A stretch of 64,000 nt of DNA, from assembly GCA_043803405.1 (NCBI GenBank), contig JAZDKB010000018.1, forward strand, positions 96,001 through 160,000, given 5' to 3'. Source of the DNA: Spirochaetota bacterium. Lineage in GTDB: Bacteria; Spirochaetota; UBA4802; JAFGDQ01. Shown here piece by piece: positions 9,518 through 19,752 of this stretch. Both the position numbers and the translations under genes were made by a program. Numbering within the stretch: position 1 is the stretch's first letter; each line of letters opens with the position of its first letter. The notes beneath the pieces were generated by a model, which ran no database searches, had not been told where the DNA came from, and worked only from the letters and a program-made list of their open reading frames with translations.

Positions 9518-10393
9518 TTACAAATTCATTATAATATCCACAAGCTGATCTGCTCCGTTCTCGTCGAAATAATATTCCTGGCAGTTCTGCACTCGCCAGA
9601 ACTGATCCTCAAATTGTCTTGGAACTGGCTCAAAGATCGCCTCTTTGTTAAAATAGATTATTTCCCAGAAGGCATTATATCCGGCACCGCTTACTATAAA
9701 ATCGAATGCGTTAAAGTAGTCTACTATCGGGAAGTAGCTTTTATCCGAATAATTTGTGGAATACAGCATCTGATATTCTGTGTCTGTGAGATAGGAATAT
9801 TTTTTTTTAATCGCTTCGTATTCGCCCGGTTCGCCATTGTATGCAAGAAGGCATACAGAACGTTTATTTTTAATACCTAGTTTTTTTAATGCTTTATCAC
9901 GCGTGAAAATTTCGTCTCTGTTTCTGATGATAAGCGGATTTAATTGCCGCATTTCTACTGTGCTTTTAAATGGTTCTGTTGCAAAAATTAAATCAAAATG
10001 ATCCGGATTAAAGACTAATTTTTGATCCGGAAGAGGAATTGAGAAGTATTTATCGGAAACCTGGCGACAGAGAAGAATTTTTTTACAGTTCAATTCATGG
10101 ATGAAATTGCAGGTCATAAACCAGATAAGATCAAACAGGATAACATCGGGTTTAATTTTTTCCAGTATTTTATAAAGCGAAGATATATGATAATCCTTTT
10201 TTAAAAGTATTTCTTCATTTTCAACCGGGATTTTAAAAAATTTTATTTCATTTGAAAAAAATTCAAAGTCAGAACTGTGTATAATGGAGTAATCACATTG
10301 AATACTTTTTCTCTTAAAAGCATTGGCTATTGCAATGCCGGTAATGACGCGGCCGGAACCGGTAATGCCTGAAGTATAATAGACGATTTTCAC
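9518..10393 (-). CDS. GT-B fold glycosyltransferase-like protein
   Basis: GITGSGRV N-terminal motif; DFIVSGAGYNAFWE..P..R..EDQ..R C-terminal motif. Confidence 0.7.
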   Translation of the reverse strand: MKIVYYTSGITGSGRVITGIAIANAFKRKSIQCDYSIIHSSDFEFFSNEIKFFKIPVENEEILLKKDYHISSLYKILEKIKPDVILFDLIWFMTCNFIHELNCKKILLCRQVSDKYFSIPLPDQKLVFNPDHFDLIFATEPFKSTVEMRQLNPLIIRNRDEIFTRDKALKKLGIKNKRSVCLLAYNGEPGEYEAIKKKYSYLTDTEYQMLYSTNYSDKSYFPIVDYFNAFDFIVSGAGYNAFWEIIYFNKEAIFEPVPRQFEDQFWRVQNCQEYYFDENGADQLVDIIMNL

Positions 10394-10396
10394 AAA

Positions 10397-11704
10397 TCAG
10401 CAGACATGATAAAAATCGAACATTCCAACACCTGAGCCATAAATGCCGTAGGTGCCCCAATTTGATCCTGCAATATCATCCATATTGATCAATTTAGAGC
10501 TATTATTACCAAGTGAGGCTTCATCAACAATAGTGATTTTTCTATTTAATATTGCCACGAAATGACTTGCTCCGTAAAAACTTCCTTGAGTTGTACTCAA
10601 TGCGTAAGTCCCATATCCATGTATTAATGCTAAGGTATTCAAATCAAGTTGAAGTATTTGATTGTCAGTGCCTGAGGATGTAAGATTCGCGACGTATAAA
10701 TAGGGTGGTTTTACTAGCACATGCATCGCAGTTTTCATGGTTATAGTATCGTCATTAAAAGTTATTTCGGATTCAGAAGAGGGATTATATTTACTTATCT
10801 GGCTTACCGGAGCTCCTGCTGCGTGATGTGAAATATAGAGTATCCCGTCACTATCAACTGCAAGACCACTAATTGTACCAATCGATGTAAAAGTTAATGG
10901 AGATATCCCAGTTCCATCAAGATTACATCTGTATAGCGCACTTGTGGTAGCATAGTATATATAACTTAAATTTCTGTCAATTGCTATAGCATATACATCG
11001 GGATTACTGTCATTTAATATTAATTCCCAACTATTTGATGTATTATTAATATGATTTAATCTAAACATTTTAGGCGGCCCGGCTGTTGCACCTGGATTAC
11101 ATATATATATCCTTCCATTTGAGTCGAAATCAATATCATACGGGCGGCAATAACTAATACTGCTTGGGCTCGTTAAATTCGAAGCATTTTTTTCAATCCA
11201 TCCGTTTCCATCCATATCATCAATTTGTACAATTCTACTATTCATATAATCAGGAACTATAATTTTCGTCTCATAGAGCCCCATTGTTACAGGAATAGTA
11301 ACTGTTCCGCCGGTTAAGTTGCGCGTTGTTGCTCCGCGTAAAGTAGCACTTGGTGTGTACGCGAGCACTTCGAACGTGCGTGAGTTGCCGGACGGGACTT
11401 CTACAGTAATGGTGTCCGGCAAAGGGAGCGTTGTATAGCTTTGCGTAATAGTATCCATGCCGGAACCGGTAATGTTAAGAGTAAGCGAAGTAATGTTTGA
11501 AGGTGCTGCTTCCGCGTCCTTTGCAAAGAAGCGCAACACGCGGTCGAGAATGGAGCTTTCGGGAGTGTTAAAAGCAGACTTGTTTCCCAATCCGAGATCA
11601 ATAGTGATTGTGACTTTTGAGACGCCTTCGGGGGAACAGCCAAGTAGCGTAAAAGACAATATGAATGCAAAAAGTAATATTCCGAAAATAGATTTGTTTT
11701 TCAT
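10397..11704 (-). CDS. Surface lipoprotein, conserved N-terminal domain + beta-propeller; paralog of 6310-7677
   Basis: Lipobox LLGC; N-terminal ~150 aa nearly identical to paralog. Confidence 0.82.
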   Translation of the reverse strand: MKNKSIFGILLFAFILSFTLLGCSPEGVSKVTITIDLGLGNKSAFNTPESSILDRVLRFFAKDAEAAPSNITSLTLNITGSGMDTITQSYTTLPLPDTITVEVPSGNSRTFEVLAYTPSATLRGATTRNLTGGTVTIPVTMGLYETKIIVPDYMNSRIVQIDDMDGNGWIEKNASNLTSPSSISYCRPYDIDFDSNGRIYICNPGATAGPPKMFRLNHINNTSNSWELILNDSNPDVYAIAIDRNLSYIYYATTSALYRCNLDGTGISPLTFTSIGTISGLAVDSDGILYISHHAAGAPVSQISKYNPSSESEITFNDDTITMKTAMHVLVKPPYLYVANLTSSGTDNQILQLDLNTLALIHGYGTYALSTTQGSFYGASHFVAILNRKITIVDEASLGNNSSKLINMDDIAGSNWGTYGIYGSGVGMFDFYHVC

Positions 11705-11962
11705 AAAACTACCTCGAGTAATTTTAAAAGGATTTATAGTAAATGCTGTAAATATTCATTTTGGAAGGGAAAGAAGGTCTTTTTAATAATATTAATTATT
11801 TTTATAATATATATTTAATTTCAGTACAAAAATATATCTATAATGCATTATTGTCAATAATGTTGAATAAATAAATATATCAAATTATCTAATGAAAAAG
11901 TCAGTCATCTTGAGTAATTATTATATTGACAGTATATATAAAATAGGTATATTTATTATACT

Positions 11963-12223
11963 ATGGAATTCGAATTCGATTTGAATAAAAGTAATATCAA
12001 TAAACAAAAGCACGGCATTAATTTTATCGAAGCGCAAGTACTTTGGGATGATCCTGATTTAATGGAAATACCTGTAAAAACAAGCGATGAGCAAAGATTT
12101 TTAGTTATCGGCCGGATTGCGGATAAAATATGGTCAGGAGTAATTACTTACAGGAACGAAAACATCAGGATTATTTCTATACGGAGAGCAAGAAAAGAAG
12201 AGGTTGATATATATGAAAGCTAA
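11963..12223 (+). CDS. brnT: BrnT family toxin
   Basis: MEFEFDLNKSNINKQKHGINF...IRIISIRRAR. Confidence 0.9.
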   Translation: MEFEFDLNKSNINKQKHGINFIEAQVLWDDPDLMEIPVKTSDEQRFLVIGRIADKIWSGVITYRNENIRIISIRRARKEEVDIYES

Positions 12224-12437
12224 AGAATTTGATAAATTATTTGATGAAAATCAGGATATTTCTCAATATCTTGATAAATCAAAAGCAAGAAGGCCGGAGC
12301 AGGAACAAAAAAGAGTAAACGTGGATTTCCCGATCTGGATGATACATCAGCTGGATAAAGAGGCAAAGAGGCTTGGGGTACCGCGTCAATCTATTATTAA
12401 AGTCTGGGTGGCTGAACGCCTCGAAAATAAAACTTAA
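12213..12437 (+). CDS. brnA: BrnA/CopG family antitoxin
   Basis: KRVNVDFPIWMIHQLDKEAKRLGVPRQSIIK RHH motif; overlaps toxin. Confidence 0.88.
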   Translation: MKAKEFDKLFDENQDISQYLDKSKARRPEQEQKRVNVDFPIWMIHQLDKEAKRLGVPRQSIIKVWVAERLENKT

Positions 12438-12464
12438 TTCCGCGCTTTTTTGTAATTGTTAAAT

Positions 12465-12890
12465 ATGAGAGAAGAAATAATTACACATTCCGAACAGGAA
12501 ACATTCGATTGGGCAATGAGGCTTGGAATGTCGGCCGGGACTGGAAGCGTATTTGCGCTTTGCGGAGAGTTGGGCACTGGCAAAACTATAATCGCAAAGG
12601 GAATAGCCAAAGGCCTCGGCATTGACGAGGATATAACAAGCCCGACTTTTTTAATGATGGAAGTGTACGAAGGAAAATTAAAGCTTTATCATTTTGATTT
12701 ATACAGGATTGATGATGCTGAAGAGCTGAATGAGCTGAATTTTGAGGAATACTGGGACGGAGATGGCGTGTCGGTGATCGAATGGGCGGAAAAAGCAGCT
12801 GAAAAGATTCCGGCAAACGCGATTAAAATAAAGCTGGAATGGATTAGCGGCGCAGAAAGGAGAATTAACATTGAATATCCTGGTAATTGA
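12465..12890 (+). CDS. tsaE: tRNA t6A biosynthesis ATPase TsaE
   Basis: GELGTGKT, SPTF, YHFDLYR, VIEW. Confidence 0.95.
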   Translation: MREEIITHSEQETFDWAMRLGMSAGTGSVFALCGELGTGKTIIAKGIAKGLGIDEDITSPTFLMMEVYEGKLKLYHFDLYRIDDAEELNELNFEEYWDGDGVSVIEWAEKAAEKIPANAIKIKLEWISGAERRINIEYPGN

Positions 12891-13590
12891 TACAGCGACA
12901 TCTGTCGAAATAACCGCAGCATCGAACGGCAGCCTGGTTTCGGATCAAACAAGAACAGTAACAGAGTCTCATTCTGTGACTCTTTTCGACAGCATTGATT
13001 TGGCCTTAAAGGGAGCAGGCCTGGTAGTTAAGGATCTGGATTTGATCGCTGCTGGCATTGGCCCGGGTTCGTTTACAGGCATAAGAATTGCTGTCACAAC
13101 AGCGCGGATGTTTGCCCAGCTGTTCGGCTTGCCGCTGGCAGGCATTAAGACGCATCTAATGTATGCTGTCTCAGCCGGGGGCAGCCTAAATGCCGGAGAA
13201 AATATCCTGATCGCTTTTGATGCAAAGAAAAGCAGGGTTTTCGGCGCTCTTTATGCAAAATCGGGAAACGAACTGGAACCTGTTGAAATTATCCAACCAG
13301 GTGATTATCATATTGAATATTTATTAAAGCATATAAATACAAAAGAAAAAACCGTGCTTATTGGAGACGGTTGTGAAAAATATTATTCTGAGATCAAATC
13401 CGGAATTCAAAACCAGGAATTATTAGCGGATTATAAACCGTCGGGAAAAATGATATGCAGGCTTGTTGAAAAAATATATTCAGGGAACCCGGATAACAAT
13501 GATCTGAATAAAGTATTGCCTTTTTACGCGAGAAAAACAGATGCAGAGATTGTGAAGGAATCGTCAAAAAGCAGAGAGGGAATACTATAA
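12871..13590 (+). CDS. tsaB: tRNA t6A biosynthesis protein TsaB
   Basis: ILVIDTAT, GIGPGSFTGIRIA, DAKK. Confidence 0.95.
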   Translation: MNILVIDTATSVEITAASNGSLVSDQTRTVTESHSVTLFDSIDLALKGAGLVVKDLDLIAAGIGPGSFTGIRIAVTTARMFAQLFGLPLAGIKTHLMYAVSAGGSLNAGENILIAFDAKKSRVFGALYAKSGNELEPVEIIQPGDYHIEYLLKHINTKEKTVLIGDGCEKYYSEIKSGIQNQELLADYKPSGKMICRLVEKIYSGNPDNNDLNKVLPFYARKTDAEIVKESSKSREGIL

Positions 13591-13603
13591 TAACATTAGA
13601 AAA

Positions 13604-14779
13604 TTATTTTTTACTCGATTTATATTCTCTCATCAGCATGTTTTTATAATCTTTTATCATGGGATCAATCATTGAATAAAATCTCTTCATTTCGTCTGCT
13701 CTTGAAGAATTGCCTGCGAAGTCCACTCCGACAAATAAATCGTCATCATTGTCTGTATAAGTGCTTTTAATTTCCCCGTAAATAGTAATGGGCGCCTGCA
13801 GCTTAAATACGATATCGAAAACAAATCCTTTAACTTTTGAAATATATTTTTTAAGATTTTTGTCTGTTACTCTTAATTTTGCGCCTGTTTTACTGATATC
13901 AATAATTTCCTGATGGACCTGGATTAAAATGGTATTGGCATCCCTTATCCTGTCTATCAGCTTAAAAATAAGATCCTTTAACTCAAGGAGTTTATCAATA
14001 GTAAAGAGACGGGTTTTCGATATTAACTGAATATAAGCGAATGGGACAGAGTGCTCGGAATTGGTCAGATAAATAACAGGGGAAATTATTATGGATTTAT
14101 ATCCCTTTTCGATATTTTTTTTAACATAATTCTCCATATCAGCGCCAAGTAATTTAGGCAAATCCACAAAATCATCGCTCAATGCTCTGTGTGTTTCCGG
14201 ATTCGAAATGTCCTCAATATACAATGTTTCACTTGTTTTTTTTATATGTCTTAAAATAACATCGTCGTTGTTAAGTATATCTACTTTGACAATATCGCTT
14301 AACCGTGAATTCTGGGACTGGAATTGATCGAGTAAAACTTTAATTGTCGTCGGTATGTTGTAACCCGAAATATCGATTGTTTGTTTTGATATTTTAAAGT
14401 TTGTGGCGACAACCTTTTCCTGGGATACTTTAAACCGGATTTCTTTTCTGATAGATTCAGCTCTTTTTAGCTTTTTTATACCGCATTTAAAATACCCAGG
14501 TCCTCTTACTTCCTCAACAATAAGATCGATCTCGATATATTTATCCAGCAATCCGTATAAGGAAAACTGGGAATCGGGATGAAATTCCGGATGCGTTACA
14601 ACCATTAAGGTTCCATCATCCAGAAATTCATTTATTTTTACTTCGCCATAATCGGGTGCGGCTTTTATAAGCAGCGGTTTGTCATATAAAAATGACTTAA
14701 TAAAAGCAAAGATCTCTTCTTTTGACTCTATCTCAAGGTCATTGAATGATCTTTCTTTTCTTTGTTTAACGTTTAACAC
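13604..14779 (-). CDS. DUF1577 / PilZ-domain protein
   Basis: RKEIRF and DISKTG PilZ motifs, PFAYIQL; resembles Leptospira DUF1577. Confidence 0.75.
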   Translation of the reverse strand: MLNVKQRKERSFNDLEIESKEEIFAFIKSFLYDKPLLIKAAPDYGEVKINEFLDDGTLMVVTHPEFHPDSQFSLYGLLDKYIEIDLIVEEVRGPGYFKCGIKKLKRAESIRKEIRFKVSQEKVVATNFKISKQTIDISGYNIPTTIKVLLDQFQSQNSRLSDIVKVDILNNDDVILRHIKKTSETLYIEDISNPETHRALSDDFVDLPKLLGADMENYVKKNIEKGYKSIIISPVIYLTNSEHSVPFAYIQLISKTRLFTIDKLLELKDLIFKLIDRIRDANTILIQVHQEIIDISKTGAKLRVTDKNLKKYISKVKGFVFDIVFKLQAPITIYGEIKSTYTDNDDDLFVGVDFAGNSSRADEMKRFYSMIDPMIKDYKNMLMREYKSSKK

Positions 14780-14897
14780 GTGATTTGTCCGTTTTTGTTT
14801 TTTAAAATTAAGTTTAATATACTATTGCTGATAAGAGAAGGAAAAGGACAATATATGGATATATTCGGCATTTTGCGCGGTTAATTGTAAAAATATT

Positions 14898-15110
14898 TAT
14901 AAGAGCTGTCTAATAATTATTTATGCCATGGGGTATAAAAAGATGATTTCTGTTCCCTGTTCTACTATAGCTATTATGCTGCAATGTTTTATCATACTTA
15001 TAGAACTAGATTCTAACGATAAGGAATAGAGCGGATTATTTTGTCATCTCCCGCACTAGATAATATAAACTTGCGGCAAATTAAATTATTTTCTTTAGAC
15101 AGCCCTTATA
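14898..15110. mobile_element. MITE-like element with 16-bp terminal inverted repeats
   Basis: TATAAGAGCTGTCTAA vs reverse complement of right end TATAAGGGCTGTCTAA; no ORF inside. Confidence 0.65.
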
Positions 15111-15136
15111 AAAATAAATATAGGAGCAATCCCGGT

Positions 15137-15310
15137 TTACTTCTTTTTCGATGGAGCTTTTTTCTGCTGAGCGGCTTTTTTTGACGCAATGGACTTGTCA
15201 ATTTGCGAAACAAGCGCTTTCTCGGCTTTTAATTCAGACTCCAGCTTTTTCACTTTTTCTTTTTTTCTTTTTTGATCAGCAAGTAATTGTTTTAACGATT
15301 TTTCACCCAT
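15137..15310 (-). CDS. Small Lys-rich coiled-coil protein
   Basis: GAGGTG RBS; MGEKSLKQLL...KKAPSKKK. Confidence 0.6.
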   Translation of the reverse strand: MGEKSLKQLLADQKRKKEKVKKLESELKAEKALVSQIDKSIASKKAAQQKKAPSKKK

Positions 15311-15546
15311 AAGTAATCTCACCTCTGTTTTTTATTTGTATGGCCCGTGTATATCCAAAATGATATATTAGTATTGAATATACTTTAAATTGTAGCCATT
15401 TGAGACCAACTAGCTGTTTATCAGTTAAGAGCTTACCAATTATAAACTATTAAATTATTAGCGCAAGTAAAAAATTAATTATGAAGGTTTTGATGTAAGA
15501 TTATCTGATGAGTATTGCGGTTTGCTGACACTTTGATTGTACCGGA

Positions 15547-16389
15547 TCAGATAAATTTCATTGACAGATCAAATGATTTTACGGAATGAGTAAGGGCGCC
15601 TATTGAAACAAAGTCTATTTTTAAGGCTGATATTTCTTTTAATCTGTCTTTTGTGATATTTCCCGATATTTCTATTTTGGGTTTTCCGTTTATACTGCCG
15701 ATCGCTTTTTTCATAAGGTCAGTGTTCATATTATCAAGCATTATGATGTCAACTTTGCACCGTGAAGCTTCCGCGGCTTCTTCGGGCGTCTTTACCTCGA
15801 CTTCTACCTTGTATTTCTTCCCGTACTTTTCACGAACGCGCGAAACAGCTTTGGTGATGCTACCGGCTGCCTGTATATGATTATCTTTTATCAGGATCAT
15901 ATCAAACAGGCCTATCCTGTGGTTTTTACCACCACCGCACTTAACTGAATATTTATCGAGCAGGCGAAGCCCGGGCGAAGTCTTCCTTGTGTCCAGCACG
16001 CTTATGTTGGTTTTTTGCAATTGGGATGCGATTTTCTCGGTTTCCGTGGCAATACCGCTCATTCTCTGTATAAAATTAAGACATGTCCGCTCTCCGGTCA
16101 GCAGGCTTTTTGTGCGGCCTTTTATCTTAATGACTTTTTCTCCTTTGCTGACTTCTTTCCCGTCTTTTTTCTGAATAGTTATTTTCACAGAAGGATCAAT
16201 CTCGGCAAAGACCATCTTAACAACATCTCCGCCGCAGAAAATGCCGTCTTCTTTTGCTATTATAACAGCTTCTGATTCGTCATTGCCGTTGAAAATGGCG
16301 TTTGTTGTAATATCGCCGTTGCCGATATCTTCTTTTAATGCCAGAATTATTATAGGCCGGATGTCGTTTTCCTTAAGAAAGCTTCTCAT
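15547..16389 (-). CDS. nadC: Quinolinate phosphoribosyltransferase
   Basis: DTRKTSPGLR, HRIGLFD, IKDNH, IMLDN, SIGALTHS. Confidence 0.97.
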   Translation of the reverse strand: MRSFLKENDIRPIIILALKEDIGNGDITTNAIFNGNDESEAVIIAKEDGIFCGGDVVKMVFAEIDPSVKITIQKKDGKEVSKGEKVIKIKGRTKSLLTGERTCLNFIQRMSGIATETEKIASQLQKTNISVLDTRKTSPGLRLLDKYSVKCGGGKNHRIGLFDMILIKDNHIQAAGSITKAVSRVREKYGKKYKVEVEVKTPEEAAEASRCKVDIIMLDNMNTDLMKKAIGSINGKPKIEISGNITKDRLKEISALKIDFVSIGALTHSVKSFDLSMKFI

Positions 16390-18395
16390 TATTTTTTTGT
16401 CCTTTCCAGTAATGTGATTTTATTTTCGGTTTCGATCATCTGGTCTCTCAGTACAGCGGCTTTTTCAAAGTCCAGGTTTTCCGCAGCTTTAAGCATGTTC
16501 TCTTTTAAAATATCCCTTAGTTTTTTCAGCTTTTCAGGGCTTTTTGAACCGTAATCTTTCCTGTATTCTTCGATATATGAAACATATACTTCGTCTGTTT
16601 TATATTCTCTTTCTATTATATCAAATATTTCTTTTACAATTGAACTCGGGATGATATTGTGTTTTTTATTATAATCGTCCTGAATTTTGCGTCTGCGATT
16701 CGTTTCCCTGATTGCAGCTTCCATGGATTTTGTCATTTTATCCGCATACATAATGACTTTGCCGTTGATGTTGCGCGCTGCCCTGCCTGCGGTCTGAATA
16801 AGCGAGCGTTCTGCTCTTAAGAATCCTTCTTTATCTGCGTCGAGTATAGCTACCAGAGATACCTCCGGGATGTCAAGCCCTTCTCGTAAAAGATTTATGC
16901 CTATGAGGCAATCGAATTCGCCTTTACGCAGATCGCGTATAAGCTCGACGCGTTCTATGGTTTCGATCTCGGAGTGTAGATACTTTGCCTTTATGCCGAT
17001 TTCGTCAAAGTATTTGCTCAGATCCTCGGACATCTTCTTAGTGAGCGTTGTAACAAGCACGCGTTCTCCTGCTTCGGCGCGCTTTCGGACTTCCGAGATA
17101 AGATCGTCAACCTGGTTCTGCGCAGGCCGAACCTCTATAGGCGGGTCAAGAAGCCCGGTTGGCCGTATTATCTGTTCAACTATCTGTTTGCTTACATTTA
17201 GTTCGTAATCCTGCGGGGTTGCGGATACGAATATTACGTTGTGCATTATACTTTCGAACTCTTCAAAATATAGCGGCCGGTTGTCCAGAGCGGACGGAAG
17301 CCTGAATCCGTAATCGACCAGGTTCTGCTTGCGCGATCTGTCGCCGTGATACATGCCGCGCACCTGGGGGATAGTTACGTGCGATTCGTCTATCAGCGTG
17401 AGGAACGGCTCCTTAAAGTAATCGAAAAGGCAGGCGGGACGTTCGCCTGGTTTTCTGCCTGCTATTATTCTCGAGTAATTTTCAATGCCGCTTGTGTATC
17501 CCATCTCAAGCATCATTTCAATATCGTACTTAACCCTGCTTTCAAGCCTTTGGGCTTCCAGAAGCTTTCCCTGATTTTTAAAGAATTCCAGCCTGTCCTT
17601 AAGCTCTGTTTCAATATCATTCACAATATTTTTCATGCGTTCCTGCGACGAAACAAAGTGCTTCGCAGGATAAATAAATGCGCTTTCGAGTTTCTGCTTT
17701 ATTTTACCAGTCAAAGGATCAATACTGCTTATTTTTTCAATTTCGTCGCCGAAAAATTCTATTCTGAACGCATCCTGCAAATAAGCCGGAAAAACCTCGA
17801 CAATGTCGCCTTTAACCCGGAATGTACCACGCACGAATGAAATGTCGTTTCTCTCATAGTATATAGCGACAAGTTTTCTCAACAGCTCGTCCCTGTCGAT
17901 TGTATCACCGATTTTCACGCGCACCTGCATGGATTCGAATTCTTCCGGGGTGCCCAGGCCGTATATACAGGAAACGGACGAGACTATTATAACGTCTTTC
18001 CTGTCGAGTATGGAAGATGTTGCCTTGAGACGCAGCCTGTCGATTTCGTCGTTGATGGATGAATCTTTCTCTATGTACAGGTCCTGGGATGCAACATAAG
18101 CCTCGGGCTGGTAGTAATCGTAATACGAGACAAAGTACTCTACCGCGTTTTCGGGAAAGAACTGGCTGAATTCGCTGTACAGCTGTGCTGCGAGAGTCTT
18201 GTTGTGGGTAAGCACGAGCGCCGGCCTCTGCACGCTTTCTATAACCTTTGCCATTGTGTATGTTTTGCCCGACCCGGTTACACCAAGCAAAGTCTGGAAC
18301 TTCATGCCGGACTTTACTCCGTCAGCCAATAGCTTTATCGCCTTTTCCTGGTCATCCGAAGGCTTGAAATTAGATATTAATTTGAATTGAGGCAT
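16389..18395 (-). CDS. uvrB: Excinuclease ABC subunit B
   Basis: [23 protein letters not shown]-terminal UVR domain. Confidence 0.99.
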   Translation of the reverse strand: MPQFKLISNFKPSDDQEKAIKLLADGVKSGMKFQTLLGVTGSGKTYTMAKVIESVQRPALVLTHNKTLAAQLYSEFSQFFPENAVEYFVSYYDYYQPEAYVASQDLYIEKDSSINDEIDRLRLKATSSILDRKDVIIVSSVSCIYGLGTPEEFESMQVRVKIGDTIDRDELLRKLVAIYYERNDISFVRGTFRVKGDIVEVFPAYLQDAFRIEFFGDEIEKISSIDPLTGKIKQKLESAFIYPAKHFVSSQERMKNIVNDIETELKDRLEFFKNQGKLLEAQRLESRVKYDIEMMLEMGYTSGIENYSRIIAGRKPGERPACLFDYFKEPFLTLIDESHVTIPQVRGMYHGDRSRKQNLVDYGFRLPSALDNRPLYFEEFESIMHNVIFVSATPQDYELNVSKQIVEQIIRPTGLLDPPIEVRPAQNQVDDLISEVRKRAEAGERVLVTTLTKKMSEDLSKYFDEIGIKAKYLHSEIETIERVELIRDLRKGEFDCLIGINLLREGLDIPEVSLVAILDADKEGFLRAERSLIQTAGRAARNINGKVIMYADKMTKSMEAAIRETNRRRKIQDDYNKKHNIIPSSIVKEIFDIIEREYKTDEVYVSYIEEYRKDYGSKSPEKLKKLRDILKENMLKAAENLDFEKAAVLRDQMIETENKITLLERTKK

Positions 18396-18435
18396 ATATA
18401 TAAAAAAAGAGATGGAGCACCGATAAAATATTATT

Positions 18436-18963
18436 TTACTTTTTTAAAAACGGGATTACCATAGGCACCCGGTTTTTATATTGAACAAATTCGTCGCCGA
18501 AATCTTCAGCCAGTCTTTTTTCTTCAGAATTCTTTAAGTATCTTCCCGTAATAACCGCAAGCAATATTAAAGCAAAAATACTTGTTATTGAATTAAGATA
18601 AATTGCATACGCGAAATAGCACAGGAACGAGCCGAAGACCATTGGATTCCTTGTGTAACCGTACGGGCCTGTAATTACAAGGTGTTTTGTCCTTGGACTT
18701 ATTGTGAGTCCGAACAAATCGGCAGGCCCGCCTTTCCCTTTGGCTAAAAGAAACAGATTTGACCATAAAACAAAAAACAGGCCGATAATAAGCAGCAATC
18801 CGGGAATTATATGTATAAAGAAATAGTTATCCGGTATGCTGAACGGTATAACATCTTTTGTATTTATTGTAATTAAATATATATCGCAGGGAATCATAAA
18901 TACAAAAATAATTATACCTAAAAAATATCCAAGTATATGCCGTAAAATTGCCTTAACTTTCAT
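18436..18963 (-). CDS. ICMT/PEMT family membrane methyltransferase
   Basis: [17 protein letters not shown]...FG..F..Y...VP. Confidence 0.88.
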   Translation of the reverse strand: MKVKAILRHILGYFLGIIIFVFMIPCDIYLITINTKDVIPFSIPDNYFFIHIIPGLLLIIGLFFVLWSNLFLLAKGKGGPADLFGLTISPRTKHLVITGPYGYTRNPMVFGSFLCYFAYAIYLNSITSIFALILLAVITGRYLKNSEEKRLAEDFGDEFVQYKNRVPMVIPFLKK

Positions 18964-18997
18964 TTCTTTCTCCTATAAAATTAATTAATTTTTTATG

Positions 18998-19264
18998 TCA
19001 TTCATAATGAGTCCACAAGCGTATTATTTTAATAATTCTTTCTTCTTTATAAACCTGATAAACAATCCTATACTGAATGTTTAATCTTCTTGAGTAAGCC
19101 CCTGTCAGGTCTCCTGCAAGCTTTTCAAAAGGCGGGAATGACTGAAACGGATCTTTTCCCAGTAGAGTCAGTATGTCGATCGTTTTTTCTTTTAAGCCGG
19201 ATTGATTTAGTTTTTTTGCATCTTTTTGAGCTTGTCTGGTATAAACTAGTTTGTATTTTACCAT
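18998..19264 (-). CDS. yoeB: Txe/YoeB toxin
   Basis: PPFEKLAGDLTGAYSRRLNIQYRIVY, LWTHYE. Confidence 0.92.
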   Translation of the reverse strand: MVKYKLVYTRQAQKDAKKLNQSGLKEKTIDILTLLGKDPFQSFPPFEKLAGDLTGAYSRRLNIQYRIVYQVYKEERIIKIIRLWTHYE

Positions 19265-19500
19265 TCAATCTTCTCAGAACATTCGGAAAGAGGCGTTTTT
19301 GATCCTTTTATTATTGATTCCCTCATTTTTGGGATTGAAATCAAGTATAATGTTTCCTGAATTGAATTCCAGTCCGATTCTGAAATCAGTATTGCATTTG
19401 CTCGCTTACCAGTTATCTGAACCGGTTCGTGCAGTTCCTTAGTTTCATCAATTAAATGATATAATTTTTCGCGTGCTTTTGTTGCTGATATTGTTTTCAT
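19258..19500 (-). CDS. yefM: Phd/YefM antitoxin
   Basis: MKTISATKAREKLY..SIQETLYL; start corrected to ATG 19500. Confidence 0.92.
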   Translation of the reverse strand: MKTISATKAREKLYHLIDETKELHEPVQITGKRANAILISESDWNSIQETLYLISIPKMRESIIKGSKTPLSECSEKIEW

Positions 19501-19752
19501 AATTTTAGCGTATTCGAAATACGTACCGTACGTTATAACGAACGTCAATCTATTTTTTATTAGGCTGAGAAAATACAATCAACTCATTTTTAAATAATTG
19601 TCTTCCTCAATATAAAAATAGCCGTTTTGAGACTGTACTATATAAAATATTCTGCTATTATCCAAAGGATTATTGTTTTTCCGATAAAAATAAGTTGAAT
19701 GAAAATATTAATTTAGTTATTATTTATTAAATTTTATCAGGAGGATCGGATT

